A stretch of 64,000 nt of DNA from the human T2T-CHM13v2.0 reference genome, Homo sapiens, in the NCBI RefSeq assembly GCF_009914755.1, contig NC_060930.1; one strand, given 5' to 3'. The notes beneath the pieces were generated by a model. That model saw only the letters and a list, made by a program, of their open reading frames with translations, ran no database searches and was not told the DNA's origin. Each line of letters starts with the position of its first letter. The stretch's first letter is position 1. A program made the translations under genes and the position numbers. This document shows positions 1 to 14,853 of this stretch, piece by piece.

Positions 1-306
1 TTTGCATTTTGTATATTTTTCCCACTGCGTGTGAGTCACTCAAAAAAATACATCTTTCAGTGATGCCTTTTTTCCTGGATTCATCTCAGTTGGGTTTTAA
101 TCTTTCAATAGATACCAATTATGATGAATTAGTCATATTCTAATGATTTCCCTAAGAATAGATTGATGCATTAATAAGGGATCTGACAACACATAAACAT
201 GGGTTGAATAAAAGAAAATTATTTTAGAAAAATTCAGGAAATGATTATAATTGTTTTATATAGCTAAGTTCTTTGATTCAGTATGCGGTACTGTAAGAAC
301 ATTCTC

Positions 307-1062
307 TGCGGTATTATGAGATATATATAAATATATATATTGGTTTTTGTCCACTGTTCCTGGTTCATACCTCCCATAAGCCCTTGCTACAGTCTTTGTT
401 CTAATGTTGGGTGTATTTGGCCTCAGGGATAGGCCTCTGCCTTTCTCCTGCCTTCCTTTCACTCTCCTGTTTCCCCGCCTGTCTGATAGTGGGTGGGTCT
501 TAAAACCCTCCCAGGAGAGGGTCTCACTCTACACCCTGGGGTAAGGAAAGCTGATGTTTTGAAGCTTTCATAAAAAACCCAAGAGGACGGGTTCAGAGAG
601 CTTCCAGGTAGCTGAACACACTGAGGTGCCTGCAGGTTGGCCTCCAGGGAGGGCATGGACGCTCCACGTCCCTTCCCCATACGTCACCCTACATGCCTCT
701 TCATCTATATTCTTTGCAGTATCCTTTATAATAAACTGGTAAGTGTAAATAAGTGTTTTCCTGAGTTCTGTGAGTGGCTCCAGCAAATTAATTGAACCCA
801 AAGAAAGGGTCATGGAACTTGCGACTGATGTGTGTGTAAGGGGAGGCAATCTTGGGACTCAGCCCTCAGCCTGTGGGATCTGACACTGTCTTAGGGTAAA
901 TGGTGTCAGAACTGGATTGGAGGACACCCAGGTTGTGTCTATTACTTGGTGTGTGGGAAAAAAAAAAAAAAAAACCCACACATTTGATCACAGAGTCTTC
1001 TGTGTTGACTGTTGTGTAAGAGTAGAGGAAAAATGTGGTTAGAGAGAGTTTTCTCTACTACA
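307..1062 (+). mobile_element. Solo LTR, MER21-like (ERVL class)
   Basis: TG...CA ends; perfect 5-bp TSD TTCTC (302-306 / 1063-1067); internal AATAAA; sequence resembles MER21A from recall. Confidence 0.75.
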
Positions 1063-1156
1063 TTCTCTTTTTCAAAATTTACTCATTTAAAATAAATAAA
1101 ATACCTTCACATATCAATTATCATTTTTGATCATGAGAGCTGGGTTTTGAAGTTTA

Positions 1157-1517
<361 letters not shown>

Positions 1518-2618
1518 TTATGTCTGTGCAGACGTGTTATACTTAATAGTGTATGTGGGCAATCTTGTGTTTTAAACTGAAGCTCAATAAGGTGATTTAT
1601 TTCCCAAGTATATATAGATATTATAGTCATATTTTTATCATAAATATATATAACTTTTTTATACAGATACAGTTTCTAAATATTTTCTCTACACTCAATA
1701 ATATGAAAATTTCATAAAGGATATTATAATTACATTTATTGAGTACCTACAATATGCCATTTATATGTTTACACTCTTTATATGTAATAAGCCTTTTAGA
1801 CTTTACAAAAATCCTATGAAATAGGCTTTAGAATTATTCTCGTTTAATAAGGAAGCAGAGGCAAAAATCAGTTAGGTCCCTTTTCCAAGGGCTTTCAGGT
1901 CCAGGATTTGAATCTAGGTAGCTTAGCCCTCTTGGTCTTTGCCCTTAATTTCCATGCTGTGCAAAGTTTGCATTAAAGTAGGCTAAGTGGGGAGGTGGGC
2001 GGAAGCAACTCATCAGGTCTCAGCCTGTGTAGGCCAGTGCCCACTTCCAGAGTGACCCCAGGAAACTTCTCCAGTTACAGAGGGGCTTTAGGGAATCCCC
2101 GTCCAAATAGGGCAGTGTGGGATAGACCCGAGAAAGCTGTTGAAGAACAGTGGAAATCCCCTGCCATCAAGAGATTTGAAAGAGTCTAGCATTTTCCTCT
2201 TTTGTCTCTTCAGATGGAACTAGTCCATTAGTTTATAGCAACTGCAGCAGGTCACAAAATAATGGGTATAAGTGCCCTTGGAGGAATCTAGACCAGCTCT
2301 GTGTAAGCTTAGCCACATTATCTTGGTCCACCATGCCTTTCAAAAACACTAAAGAGAGTGGAGTTTGCATTTTGAAGATCAGCTTAGAGTGAAATGACTT
2401 AGGTGAAAAGTTGCTTGTTACACTTGGCCTTTTTGTCCTTCATGCTGAATATTTCATTTTAGATCTTCAAAGACTTCTGTAAAGAAAGCTCTTCTAGATT
2501 AAGAAGACATTGTATTAAAGTTGCAATTGGATTGGTTGGGTTTTGTTTTGTTGCAAAAACACCTCTCTGTATCTGAAACCTCTCGACACCACCCGGAAAA
2601 CTGTTGCTGAGATTATTT

Positions 2619-3524
2619 GTATTAGTTTGCTAGGGCTGCTGGAACAGAGTCCTGGTGGCTTACATTAACCAACACTTATTGTCTCACAGCTCTGGAGGCT
2701 AGAAGCCTGAGATCAAGCTGTTGCCAGGGTTGGTTCTGTCTGAGGCCTGGGAGGAAGAATCTGTTCCACAGCTGCCTGTTAGCTTCTGATAGTTTGCTGG
2801 CAATCTTTGGTGTCCCTTGGCTGGTAGATGCATCACCTAATCTCTATCTTCATGCTCACATTGTGTTCTTCCTATGTGCACATCTGTTTATGTGGCCAAA
2901 TATTTCCTCTTTATAAAGGCACCAGTCATATTGTATTAAGATTCATCTTAATGACCTCAGTTTTAACTTTATTGCTTCTTAAAGACTATTACGTTTAGAG
3001 TATTTGTCCCCTCCAAAACTCATGTTGAAACTTAATCCCCAATGTGACTGTATTGAGAAGTGGGGCCTATAAGAGGTGATTGGGTCATAAGGGCCATGCT
3101 CTCATGAATGGATTAATCAATTCATAGGTTAGCGGATTAATCCACTCATAGATTAATGGATTAACGGGTTATCATGAGAGTAGAACTGATGGCTTTATAA
3201 GAAGAGGAAGAGAGACCTGAGGTAGCACAGTCAGCCCCCTCATCATGTGATGCCCTGTACCACCTCAGGACTCTGCAGAGAGTCCCCACAAGCAAGAAGG
3301 TTCTTACCAAATGCAGCCCCTTGGCTTTGAACTTCTCAGCCTCCATAACTATAAGAAATATTTCTTTCTTTGTAAGTTACCCAGTTTGAGGTATTCTCTT
3401 ATTAGCAACAGAAAATGGATTAATGCAAAGACCCTATTTCCAAATAGGGTCACATTCCAAGTGAGGTACTCTGGGTTAGGACTTCACACTATTTTTAGGG
3501 GGGGGCACAATTCAACCCATAACA
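2619..3524 (-). mobile_element. MLT1 (MaLR) LTR interrupted by an MST LTR
   Basis: TGTATTAGTTTGCTAGGGCTGC...AATTCAACCCATAACA are MLT1 termini; middle interrupted at ~2985-3425. Confidence 0.75.
2985..3425 (+). mobile_element. MST (MaLR) LTR nested in MLT1
   Basis: TTTGTCCCCTCCAAAACTCATGTTGAAA start and AGCAACAGAAAATGGATTAA end; AAAGA on both sides. Confidence 0.75.
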
Positions 3525-4160
3525 CTATTTTTTGTTGTTGAAATTAATGTTTTGTTCTTCTATTTCCTTCTATTATTTTTATTTCTATTTATTTCTTAGA
3601 TTATTGGCTGTGTTTTTATTTTTCAATGACAGAATTTTCTCCTCCATTCTGTCCCCTGTCCCCTCCACCGCCCTTGCCCTTTCCTGTCTGTCCAATTCTT
3701 TCTGCACATTGATTCTGGGTTAAACTTGTAGCGGCACAACGTTGAACAAGTAAATCTCTGCACAAAAATTCCCATTGCCCCCAGAATTGAGTCTCGGCTT
3801 CTTGGGTTGGCATTTTGGGCTCTTTTACAATCTGGCCTCCAACAGAGCTTCCCTTAAGAATGCTCTGCTCTTGACTGGCTTTCTTCTAAGATACATATTT
3901 ATACTTCCACTTTTTCTTACCTTCTATTCTCTTTTTTCTAGAATACCCTCTCTCATTTATCTTTGTTGACCTGAGCCATATCCTTACTTAAATGCCAAGT
4001 TCAAGAACTACTTCTTTCAGAAGAGAGTCCCTATTCATTTCTAGGGGTCTGCTCTCTGCCAGTTATCACTACCTCTTCAGAAACCTTGAGCCATTCACTT
4101 GTCTTCTTTTATCTCCTCTCTTGTAGTAAATGCTGTATATAAGACACAGTAAATAGATGC

Positions 4161-4530
4161 TGATATGGTTTGGCTGTGTCTCCCACCCAAATCTCATCCT
4201 AAATTGTAGCTCCCATAATTCTCACATCTTGTGGAAGGGATCCAGTGGGAAATAATTGAATCACATGAGCGGTTTCCCCGATACTGTTTTCATGGTAGTG
4301 AATAAGTCTCATGAGATCTGTTGATTTTATAAGGGGTTTCCCCTTTTGCTTGGCTCTCTTTCTCTCTTGCTTGCTGCCATGTAAGATGCGCCTTTCACCT
4401 TCCACCTTCCACCATGATTGTGAGGTCTCCCCAGCCACGTGGAACTGTGAGTTCATTAAACCTCTTTTTCTTTATAAATTATCCAGTCGCAGGTATGTCT
4501 TTATCAGCAGTGTGAAAACAGACTAATACA
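4161..4530 (+). mobile_element. THE1 (MaLR) solo LTR
   Basis: TGATATGGTTTGGCTGTGTC...GACTAATACA; perfect 5-bp TSD GATGC (4156-4160 / 4531-4535). Confidence 0.9.
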
Positions 4531-4641
4531 GATGCCTTCACTTTTCAATTAGAGTATAAATTCCTTAAAGGCAAGGTTTATGTGATTTACTTCTATGTTC
4601 TTTTTTATTTTTGTATCCTTACCATCCTGACAAAAACTGGT

Positions 4642-5182
4642 ACTTTATTTCATCAAGTCTAAAATGCTATCAGATGTAGGATGCACCATTATTTTATATA
4701 CCAGTAGGAGGAAAAAATGTGACTGCTTAACTGAAGGCACAATGCTTTCTTATATTCTTTGTGGTATCAAGAGTGTTGATGACACAGCATTTCTTAAAAG
4801 ACTTCGTAAAAGAACTAAAAGCCATTGGTGCTGAGCTGTTGAGCTGACTGTGCAAGTATAGAGCAAGAGCTTTTTGACCCTTGCTTCAGAAATGTTGCTA
4901 AACATATCAGATTCACTACTTGTCCCTACCCCTCTTCCCATTACAATTTGGGTTCTGAGAGCTAAGAAAATGATCCCATATTTGTCTCCGGATTTTTTCT
5001 CAAGCTGCTGACACCCCTTTGGACAGGTCTTGATTTTGGAGTTTTTAATATTTGGGTAAGCACAGTCAAGCCGTGTCATGACTGCCATTGGGCCAACAGT
5101 GATTATATGATGCTGCCTGATTTTGGAGATATAAAGATGTGAAGAGAAAACATGTACATCTTAAAATACAGCAAATGCAGTA
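4642..5182. mobile_element. Old TcMar-Tc2 DNA transposon (Kanga/MER104-like)
   Basis: Degenerate inverted termini TATTTCATCAAGTCTAAAATGC / CATCTTAAAATACAGCAAATGCAGTA resemble MER104/Kanga TIRs. Confidence 0.45.
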
Positions 5183-6080
5183 CATAGCATGTAGCTGACT
5201 GACTGAATGCTTAACAAATACTGTAAGTATCTTTAAGGGACAACTCTGGCTTAGTTTTGTTCAGCATCCATTCAGTCTTCTCCTGATAACTGTCCCCCTC
5301 TTTCTATCAATGGGTCCAACCCCTTACTACTGTGGGCTTGAGTACTTCTGCAGGCATTGACTTCGCCTGTGATCCAGGGGTGGAACATATGCCCATGGCT
5401 AAATTAATCATGTTGATGTCCCTGGCCAGAATGATTGGTCCAGGGATCATCTGGGATTTGAACCTGAAGTATATAGCTCTTGGAGCTACTGTCAGCTTCA
5501 GGAAGTGGAAACAGTACTGAGGAATCAGAAATGAGAAATTAACAGAGAGCAACAAAGTCCCAGTCACATATTCAAATCGTGGATCTTAAAGCACCAAGAC
5601 TGAAGCTCCTGGACTCAGTGGTGGCATGAGCCCTAAGCTCTTTTTGCTTCAGCCTGTGGATTTCAATGTCCTTCTTTTGCAACTGAAATTATCTTGAATC
5701 AGAAAAGGGAAGATGAATCGCTAGGCAGAGAAACACATTCAAGAAATATTTATTGCCTGTCTACTGCATACTGGCACTGTGTTACATCCTGGGCTATAAA
5801 AATGAATAAAATAGTCGCTCCATTGAAGCGCTTCCTAGGTTGGAAGAGAAAAATCTTTCCACCAGCCTTGAGCAGGTTAGTTTGGCATTTTCCTTGAACT
5901 CTTTTGCACACCCTGAAAATGATAAATACTAATTTTGCATTAGTGGCTTCATTAGGAGGAATTTCCACAAGTCTGCAATATAACAGATAAAATTTGGACT
6001 TTTCTTAACCACATATTTGTGAGAAACTCCATCTTTTCCATAGCCATAATATTTTTTTTAAGAAAAAAATTAAGACATGA

Positions 6081-6826
<746 letters not shown>

Positions 6827-7762
6827 GACAGTAGAGGGTAGTTTGAATTAAATCTTTTTTAGGTCTATGTACCATGCACTACCGATATTCAAGTTTCAGT
6901 TACTCGGTAAAATAGAAAATATTCAGCAGTTTAGGCTGAAGAATAAGAAACGATGTGTCACTTGGGAAATAATGCCTGCTGTACAAATAAATGCCATATT
7001 CCTTGCATTGCTTAACATGGCAGAGATAAGCCAAATGATGTTGCTTATTAACATGCTGGGCATTTGAAATTGCATTTTAGCATTCCTATAAACAGCCTGA
7101 CATTGAAAGATTTCAGTAATTTAGAGCTGGTTGGAAGAAATTATACTACTTAAAACTCATAAAAATTAGTATCCTCAAGTGCATATTTGAAAAAATGAGT
7201 TAGTTAATATCAATATGAATGGGAATTTAAAAAATCAAATGCTAAGTGGGAACACAGGATTTTAGTAGGAGTCTTATATAGGTGTAATATATTTGAATAT
7301 TTGAAACCTAATAAATATGTGCATATGAAAGCCAATTTATATTATGCAAATTGTCTAGGACCTTGTGTCTGAGGCAAAAAACAGCTCTTATACAAATTAG
7401 AAATGATATACTAGAATTGAGAGAGACTTAAAGACCATGTGGGTGCAGGGAAAACTCTTCATTTGTAGAGGAGGGCTAAATTGAATAGATCCGAATATAA
7501 CTTTCATGAAGGCAGGAGGTAGCCATAATCTCACAAAGAACAAATGTGAGGCAATTTTACAGGCTTTGACTATCAAAGAAACTTTCTGTATGGTGATAAC
7601 TATGCATATATTATTGGCTCTTTTTTGAAAAACGGAAAGAGCTTTTCCAGAAATACAACAGTGACATGCATCACCACTCAAATTTTGACTATGTACAGAA
7701 TGACTGTTAGGAGGTCACTTTGGCCTTACAGTGCCCATAATGCTTTCAGAAAGACGTGCCCA

Positions 7763-8042
<280 letters not shown>

Positions 8043-8176
8043 AGACATGCCCTTTGACTGGCTCTCTGTGAATAGCATCCTGAGAGTTCCATCTGACTTC
8101 CCACTAGAAACATTCCAAGAGTCCTGGCCTGGATAGGGATATTGTTTGAATCTTACTATAGAATTTGTAGTGAGCA

Positions 8177-8474
8177 GGCCGGGTGCAGTGGCTCACACAG
8201 GTAATCCCAGCACTTTGGGAGGCTGAGGTGGGCAGATCACTTGAGGTCAGGAGCTCAAGGCCAGTGTAGCCAACATGGCGAAACCCCATTTCTACTAAAA
8301 ATACAAAAAAATTGCCAGGTGTGGTGGCATGTGCCTGTAATTCCAGCTACTCAGGAGGCTGAGACAGGAGAATCACCTGAACCTGGAAGGTGGAGTTGCA
8401 GTGAGCCAAGATCATGCCACTGTACTCCAGCCTGGGTAACAGAAGAAGACTCTCTAAAAAAAAAAAAATAAAAA
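8177..8474 (+). mobile_element. Alu (AluS)
   Basis: Alu consensus, poly(A), degenerate TSD TAGAATTT..AGTGA.CA. Confidence 0.93.
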
Positions 8475-8566
8475 TAGAATTTGGAGTGATCAAAGTTGCT
8501 GGCTTAAAGAGTGAATAAACCCACAAACATGGTCTCGGTTTTGGGGTTTTTTTTGGTTTGTTTTAA

Positions 8567-8887
<321 letters not shown>

Positions 8888-9356
8888 TAAAAATACTTTT
8901 CATTAAATAAATTCATCACCTTTAAACTTTTTTTTCAGATTTTTGATACAGAAGCCTGAATAACCAGCTCAAATGCAGTTCATACATTAAGCATTCTCAG
9001 GTGCTCCTACAACAAACGAATAACCTCTGCAATCTTTTTCTACTGTACCCATAACAGTATATACATATTATTTAGCATTCAGTTTCCCATTAGTAATGTA
9101 CATTTTATCAAAATAAACTTGTGTTATCAAACGAAGAACTCCTTCATGCACATATGCCTTATTTACCATCTTAAAAATTCCTATCTGCATGACACAATCT
9201 TTGGAGTGTGGGAAATGTAATTAGTACTTCATGTCTTAGTATATGAATTTTAAAGAAGTTCTAGGGCTGAGAGAAAAGGGTTAAAGATGTATTGGCTTCA
9301 CTATACTAATCATGTGTTGTTTCTTATCATAGAACAGCAAGAAAGAGATAAGTGGG

Positions 9357-9523
9357 TGTGGGGGGAGGGGGGAGGGATAGCATTGGGAGATATACCTAAT
9401 GCTAGATGATGAGTTAGTGGGTGCGGCGCACCAGCATGGCACATGTATACATATGTAACTAACCTGCACAATGTGCGCATGTACCCTAAAACTTAAAGTA
9501 TAATAATAAAAGAAAAAAAAAAA
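9357..9523 (+). mobile_element. 5'-truncated young L1 3' end (L1PA2-like)
   Basis: GGGGGAGGGGGGAGGGATAGCATTGGGAGATATACC...CCTAAAACTTAAAGTATAATAATAAA plus poly(A); perfect 18-bp TSD AAGAAAGAGATAAGTGGG (9339-9356 / 9524-9541); GAG diagnostic, not Ta ACA. Confidence 0.92.
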
Positions 9524-10368
9524 AAGAAAGAGATAAGTGGGAAGGGAGATAGAACAAAAGCCAGAGAACATGCTGAAGGGCTAGAGGAAAAAAATGAATG
9601 TCTAATCAGCTTTCATCCTCATGAGTGTGAACATGCTGGCTTTCCACAATTTGCCTTCCACAAATTTTAAGTCTATTTAAAAGAACTGAAAGACAACGTG
9701 CATATTTAGTCCTGTGCTCCCACGATATAGTCATCACCTCCAAAGTCCTTACTGACATGTATTTACCTCAGATTTCACCTTCCATAAATCAATAATTGTT
9801 TTCCTCTGCATATGGGAAACATTTTGGTTTTAGCAATATATTTTTTCTTCAAGAAACTAAAGGAATTTTCATGTGATCCTATAAAAATGGGTATTGTGTC
9901 ACTTTTTATTCAATCAAATATGTATTTTGAGATTTACTTGGCTTGAGACTTTCATTTTATGTGAAATTATCAAGTTATTTGAACATTTGATATTTTTCAC
10001 ACATGCTTATTTGTATGCTGATGATAGAAACAAGTGTGTATTTCTTTGAAAGATGTTGAGGTTAGGAAAAAACCCCAAAACCTATGATGCTTGTCAGACT
10101 TGATAAAACTAAACTCACTGAGGTAAGGTTGTTAACACATCAGAAAACATCAGAGTTCCACATTGAACGTAAAGGGTAGAAAGATTCATAATCAATCTAT
10201 GTTTAGCATTTTTCTGTGTCCCATCTCAACTGTATCCAGTCCTCATTGTTCCTCATGAATTTGTTTGTTCATTTATTTATTCACTTACTCATCATTCAAC
10301 AAACAGTTATTGTGTCCACTCTGTGTCATGCACCACTCTAGAATCTGGAGATGCATTGGTGCACTACA

Positions 10369-10666
10369 TTTTTTTTTTTTTTTTTGAGACAGAGTCTCAC
10401 TCTGTTGCCCAGGCTGGAGTGCAGTGGCATGTTCTCAGCTGGGTGCAACCTCCACCTCCCAAGTTGAAGTGGTCCTCCTACCTCAGCCTCCCGAGTAGCT
10501 GGGAATACAGGTGCACGCCATCACGCCTGGCTAATTTTTTATTTTTAGTAGAGATGGGGTTTCACCATGTTGGCCAGGCTGGTCTTGAACTCCTGACCTG
10601 AAGTGATCTGCCCACCTCAGCCTCCCAAAGTGCCAGGATTACAGGTATGAGCCACCCTGCCTGGCC
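10369..10666 (-). mobile_element. Alu (AluS)
   Basis: Reverse-complement Alu consensus. Confidence 0.92.
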
Positions 10667-10671
10667 TACTA

Positions 10672-10990
10672 CTTTTTTTGTTTGTTTGAGGAAGGGTCTC
10701 ATTCTGTCACCCAGGCTAAAGTGCAGTGGTGGCACAATCATGGCTCACTGCAGCCTTGACATCCTGGACTCAAGTGATCCTCCCACCTCAGCCTCCTCAG
10801 TAGCTGAGACCACAGGTGCGCACCACCACACCCAGCTAATTTTTGTATTTTTTTTTTTTTTTTTTTTTTTTGTAGAGATGGCATTTCGACATATTGCCCA
10901 GGCTGGTCTTGAGCTCCGGAGCTGAAGCAATTTGCTTGCCTCGGCCTCCCATACTGCTGGCATTACAGGTGGGAGCCACCATGCCCAGCC
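10672..10990 (-). mobile_element. Alu (AluJ)
   Basis: Reverse-complement Alu with J-type GATCCTCCCACCTCAGCC. Confidence 0.9.
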
Positions 10991-11214
10991 TCATTTTCTT
11001 TATTAATTGTGAGTGCAGGACCTTGTTTTCATAATCTTTGTATTACTCTTTAGTGCTTAGGACTGTGCATTACATGGTCTGACTAGTATTGTCAGTCAAC
11101 AAATATTTTTCAAATATTTTTAAAGTGTCTATAGTGCATTAAATGCTAAGCTACATGATGAATAGCATCAGCTAAAATTGTTGTTCTTGCTTTATGAGAT
11201 TTTATCATTTAAAG

Positions 11215-11567
11215 CAGGGGTCCCTAACCCTTGCTGCAGACCCGTACTGGTCTGTGGCCTGTTAGGAACTGGGCAGCACAGCAGGAGGTGAGCGGTGGGT
11301 GAGTGAGCATTACTGCCTCAGCTCCACCTCCTGTCAGGTCAGTGACAGCATTAGATTCTCATGGGAGCTTGAACCCTATTGTGAACTGGCATGTGAGGGA
11401 TCTAGGTTGCACGCTCCTTATGAGACTCTGAGGCAGAATAGTTTCATCCCGAACCTCCCACACCCACCCCCTCAACCCTCCAATCCTCCAATTCCCCAAC
11501 CCTGGTTCATGGAAAAATTGTCTTCCATGAAACTGGTCCCTGGGGCCAAAAAGGTTGGGGACTGTTG
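11215..11567 (+). mobile_element. MER1B, non-autonomous hAT-Charlie3 derivative
   Basis: TIRs CAGGGGTCCCTAACC / GGTTGGGGACTGTTG; 8-bp TSD ATTTAAAG / ATACAAAG. Confidence 0.85.
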
Positions 11568-12344
11568 ATACAAAGTCCAAGTTAACCTAGCAGAAAAACA
11601 CAAGAAATGAGAGATGTTCAGCTCCTAAATTTCATAGGAAAATACACATTTTGCTCTTTCTTTTAAACTGATTTTTAGAAAAATTTATTCTAAGGCTGAT
11701 ACACTTTTTTGCAAGGTGAGATGGACGAAGTAAGATTAAAGAACCTCTCTTGAAAGAGAGGCTGAGAAAATTAGAAGACTGGTTGAGGAGTTTAGATAAC
11801 AACTGGAAATGGTGGGAGGAAAAGGGGTCAAGCAGAGGAAAGGAAGGGGGAGAAGCTGAGGTGGGTCCAGATGAAAAACAGAGTGGAAGGAGCTGCTTTG
11901 TAGAGATTGAAGTGTTCAAGAGTCCATCACCTCTTATACTAACCAATTGATTACATGCCTCCTTTGCTGCAGACTGTGAGATCCACAGAGGCCGTGACCC
12001 CATTTGCCCCAGTGCAGGTTCAATAAACGTGTGTTAAATAAATGGCTAAGAGTAAAGGTTCTAAAAATAAGAAGCCTACATTCATATAATACATTAAATC
12101 TTTGAAAACACATGACACACACCTATATACTGAGGACATTTTGCCCGCATCTGAGGAGACGTATATGAGAATGTTTGTTGCAGCACTGTCTGAAATAATA
12201 AAATGCTGGAAGCATTCTAAGTGCCCTTAATTAGAGAATGCACATATAAATTGTGTAGTATATTCCTATGACATAGCGTTAAAAAGGAATGAACTACATA
12301 ACTATAGCTCTCAACTTGGATAGATCTCAAAAATATAACGTGTG

Positions 12345-12660
<316 letters not shown>

Positions 12661-12874
12661 TTAAATTATGTGTGCAATACCATACTATATAATACCAAAA
12701 TATATAATATCATGTATAATTCAATTATATGTATAATACCATATCTGTATATACTGTAATACAATTATATGTATAATACATTGGTATATTATATCAATTA
12801 TATGCATAATACCATATATGTATATGTATAATACGTATATAACCCAGATGTATATAATACCATATATATCTACT

Positions 12875-13780
12875 TTAAACAGCTTTATTGAGATATAATT
12901 TACATCCTGTACAATTCATCCATTTAAAGTGAACAGTTCAGCAGGGCACAGTGGCACACACCTGTAGTCCCAGCTACTCCAGAGGCTGAAGCAGAAGGAT
13001 TGCTTGATCCCAGAAGTTCAAGGCTGCAGTGCGCCATGGCTGCGCCCGTGAATAGTCACTGCATTCTGGCCTAGGCGACATAGCAAAACTCTGTCTCTAG
13101 GAAAACAAAATGAAATAAACTTAAAAATAAAATGAACAATTCAATAGGTTTTGGTAAATGTATTATTAATTTTTAAAATTGCAGTAAAAATACATAACAT
13201 ATAATTTGCCATTTTAATTATTTAAGTGTACAATTAATTCAGTTGCATTAATTCACAGTATTGTACAACCATCACTACTATGTTGTGATTATTTTGGAAA
13301 TAATTTTCCATTACCCCTAAACAAAAATTCTGTAACCATTAAGCAATAATATGTCATTGCTTCTACCCCAAACTTCTAACAACCTCTATTACTTTCAGTC
13401 CTGATGAATTTGGCTATTCTAGGTACATCATATAAATGATATTATACCACATTTGTCTTTTTTGTGTTTTGCTTATGTCATTTAGCATAATATCTTCAAG
13501 TTCATCTATATAGCATGTATCAGAACTTCATTCCTTTTTTATGGCAGAATAATATTGCATTGTGGGTATATGCCACATTTTGTTTATCCATTCATCTGTT
13601 AGTGGACCTGTGGATTTCTTCCACCTTTTGGCTATTGTAGATAATGCTGCATTGGACACTGGCATACAAATATCTATTCCAGTCCTTGCTTTCAATCCCT
13701 TTGGTTATATACCTAGAAATGGAATTGTTGAATCATATGATAATTCTATGTCTAGCTTTTTGAGAAACTGCCAGATAGTT
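12875..13780 (-). mobile_element. Old L1 (L1MB-like) 3' region containing an Alu monomer (12941-13130)
   Basis: CAGCTTTATTGAGATATAATTTACA, TATACCTAGAAATGGAATTG, GAGAAACTGCCA are L1M motifs. Confidence 0.75.
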
Positions 13781-13785
13781 TCATT

Positions 13786-14012
13786 TGTGTGCATGTATAT
13801 AGATGTATATACACATATATGCATACATATGCGTGTATATACATATGTACATATGCGTATATATACATATGTATATACATATGTACATATGGGTATATAT
13901 ACATATGTATATACATATGTACATATGCATACATATACATATGTATATACACATATGCATACATATGCACATATATGTATCTATACATATGTGTATGTAT
14001 GCATATACACAT
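13786..14012. repeat. Alternating purine/pyrimidine (TA/CA/TG) microsatellite with ~36-bp higher-order unit
   Basis: GTATATATACATATGTATATACATATGTACATATG repeated; source of the spurious MYI/VYT ORFs. Confidence 0.9.
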
Positions 14013-14781
14013 AGATTTTTAAAAACACAATAACACTTCTACATATGGTTCCTGGATACGAATATATGTTTATAAAATCTAATGGCTATAAGGGAAGAAC
14101 TTACTCATAGAAGTGATTACTTTGGTGGTGGGGGTAGGGTTGGACATGAGGACACAGGAGAGACTGGGCTACAAATGGTCAAAGGAGACAATAGTTTTAC
14201 CTGCAACGCTTCCTTTCAGTTTTAAAAAGGGGCATAGATACATAATTTGCAAATTGTTTTAAAAATAGAAAAAAGGGAAGGAAATTGGACAAAATTTGAG
14301 GTAGAAGTATCTCCATGTTATATTATTCTGTGTACTTTTTTTTGTTTAATTAGAAAGAGACAAACTTTTCTGCAAGGTACACATCATTCGATTCTCATAT
14401 CAAAACTGATGAATGAGATAGTATTAATACCAATGATATCGTTTTAAAGGCAGAATTCTGAAACAGACAGCAGTGGGCCAGAACCAGAGATGAGTGCCCT
14501 AGTCTGCTGGTCCAGGGCTTGGAGGTGAGGAGAGGGAGGCTGAGGTGGTGAACACCCTAAACGCTTTGATGCTGTACCACAGGGCCTCAAATCACCTACT
14601 GTATTTTCCCTTCGTTTGTAATGTTACGAAGACACTTCTGCTTTAAAGGCCACTGTTTTTAGAGGAGACATGGAGGAAGCAAGGATAAGGTTCACTGAAG
14701 TAGGAGGACAGAGTGATAAGAGGGACGCCTAGAGGACAAGATAACAACTGAGAACAGTGGCTAGGAAATGAAGGAAGTGGA

Positions 14782-14853
14782 GACGAGGAAGGATTCTGAG
14801 CTAACGACGAGGAAGGATTCTGAGCTAACGACTAGGAAGGATTCTGAGCTAAC
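14782..14853 (+). repeat. 24-bp tandem repeat x3
   Basis: GACGAGGAAGGATTCTGAGCTAAC at 14782 and 14806; third copy at 14830 has one mismatch. Confidence 0.95.

Noticed and set aside
13562-14033. Overlapping ORFs rich in Y/I/M/H/C
   Set aside because: Translations of L1 sequence plus a TA/CA microsatellite.
14782-14853. 24-bp direct repeats resembling a CRISPR repeat
   Set aside because: No spacers, eukaryotic context, no cas genes.
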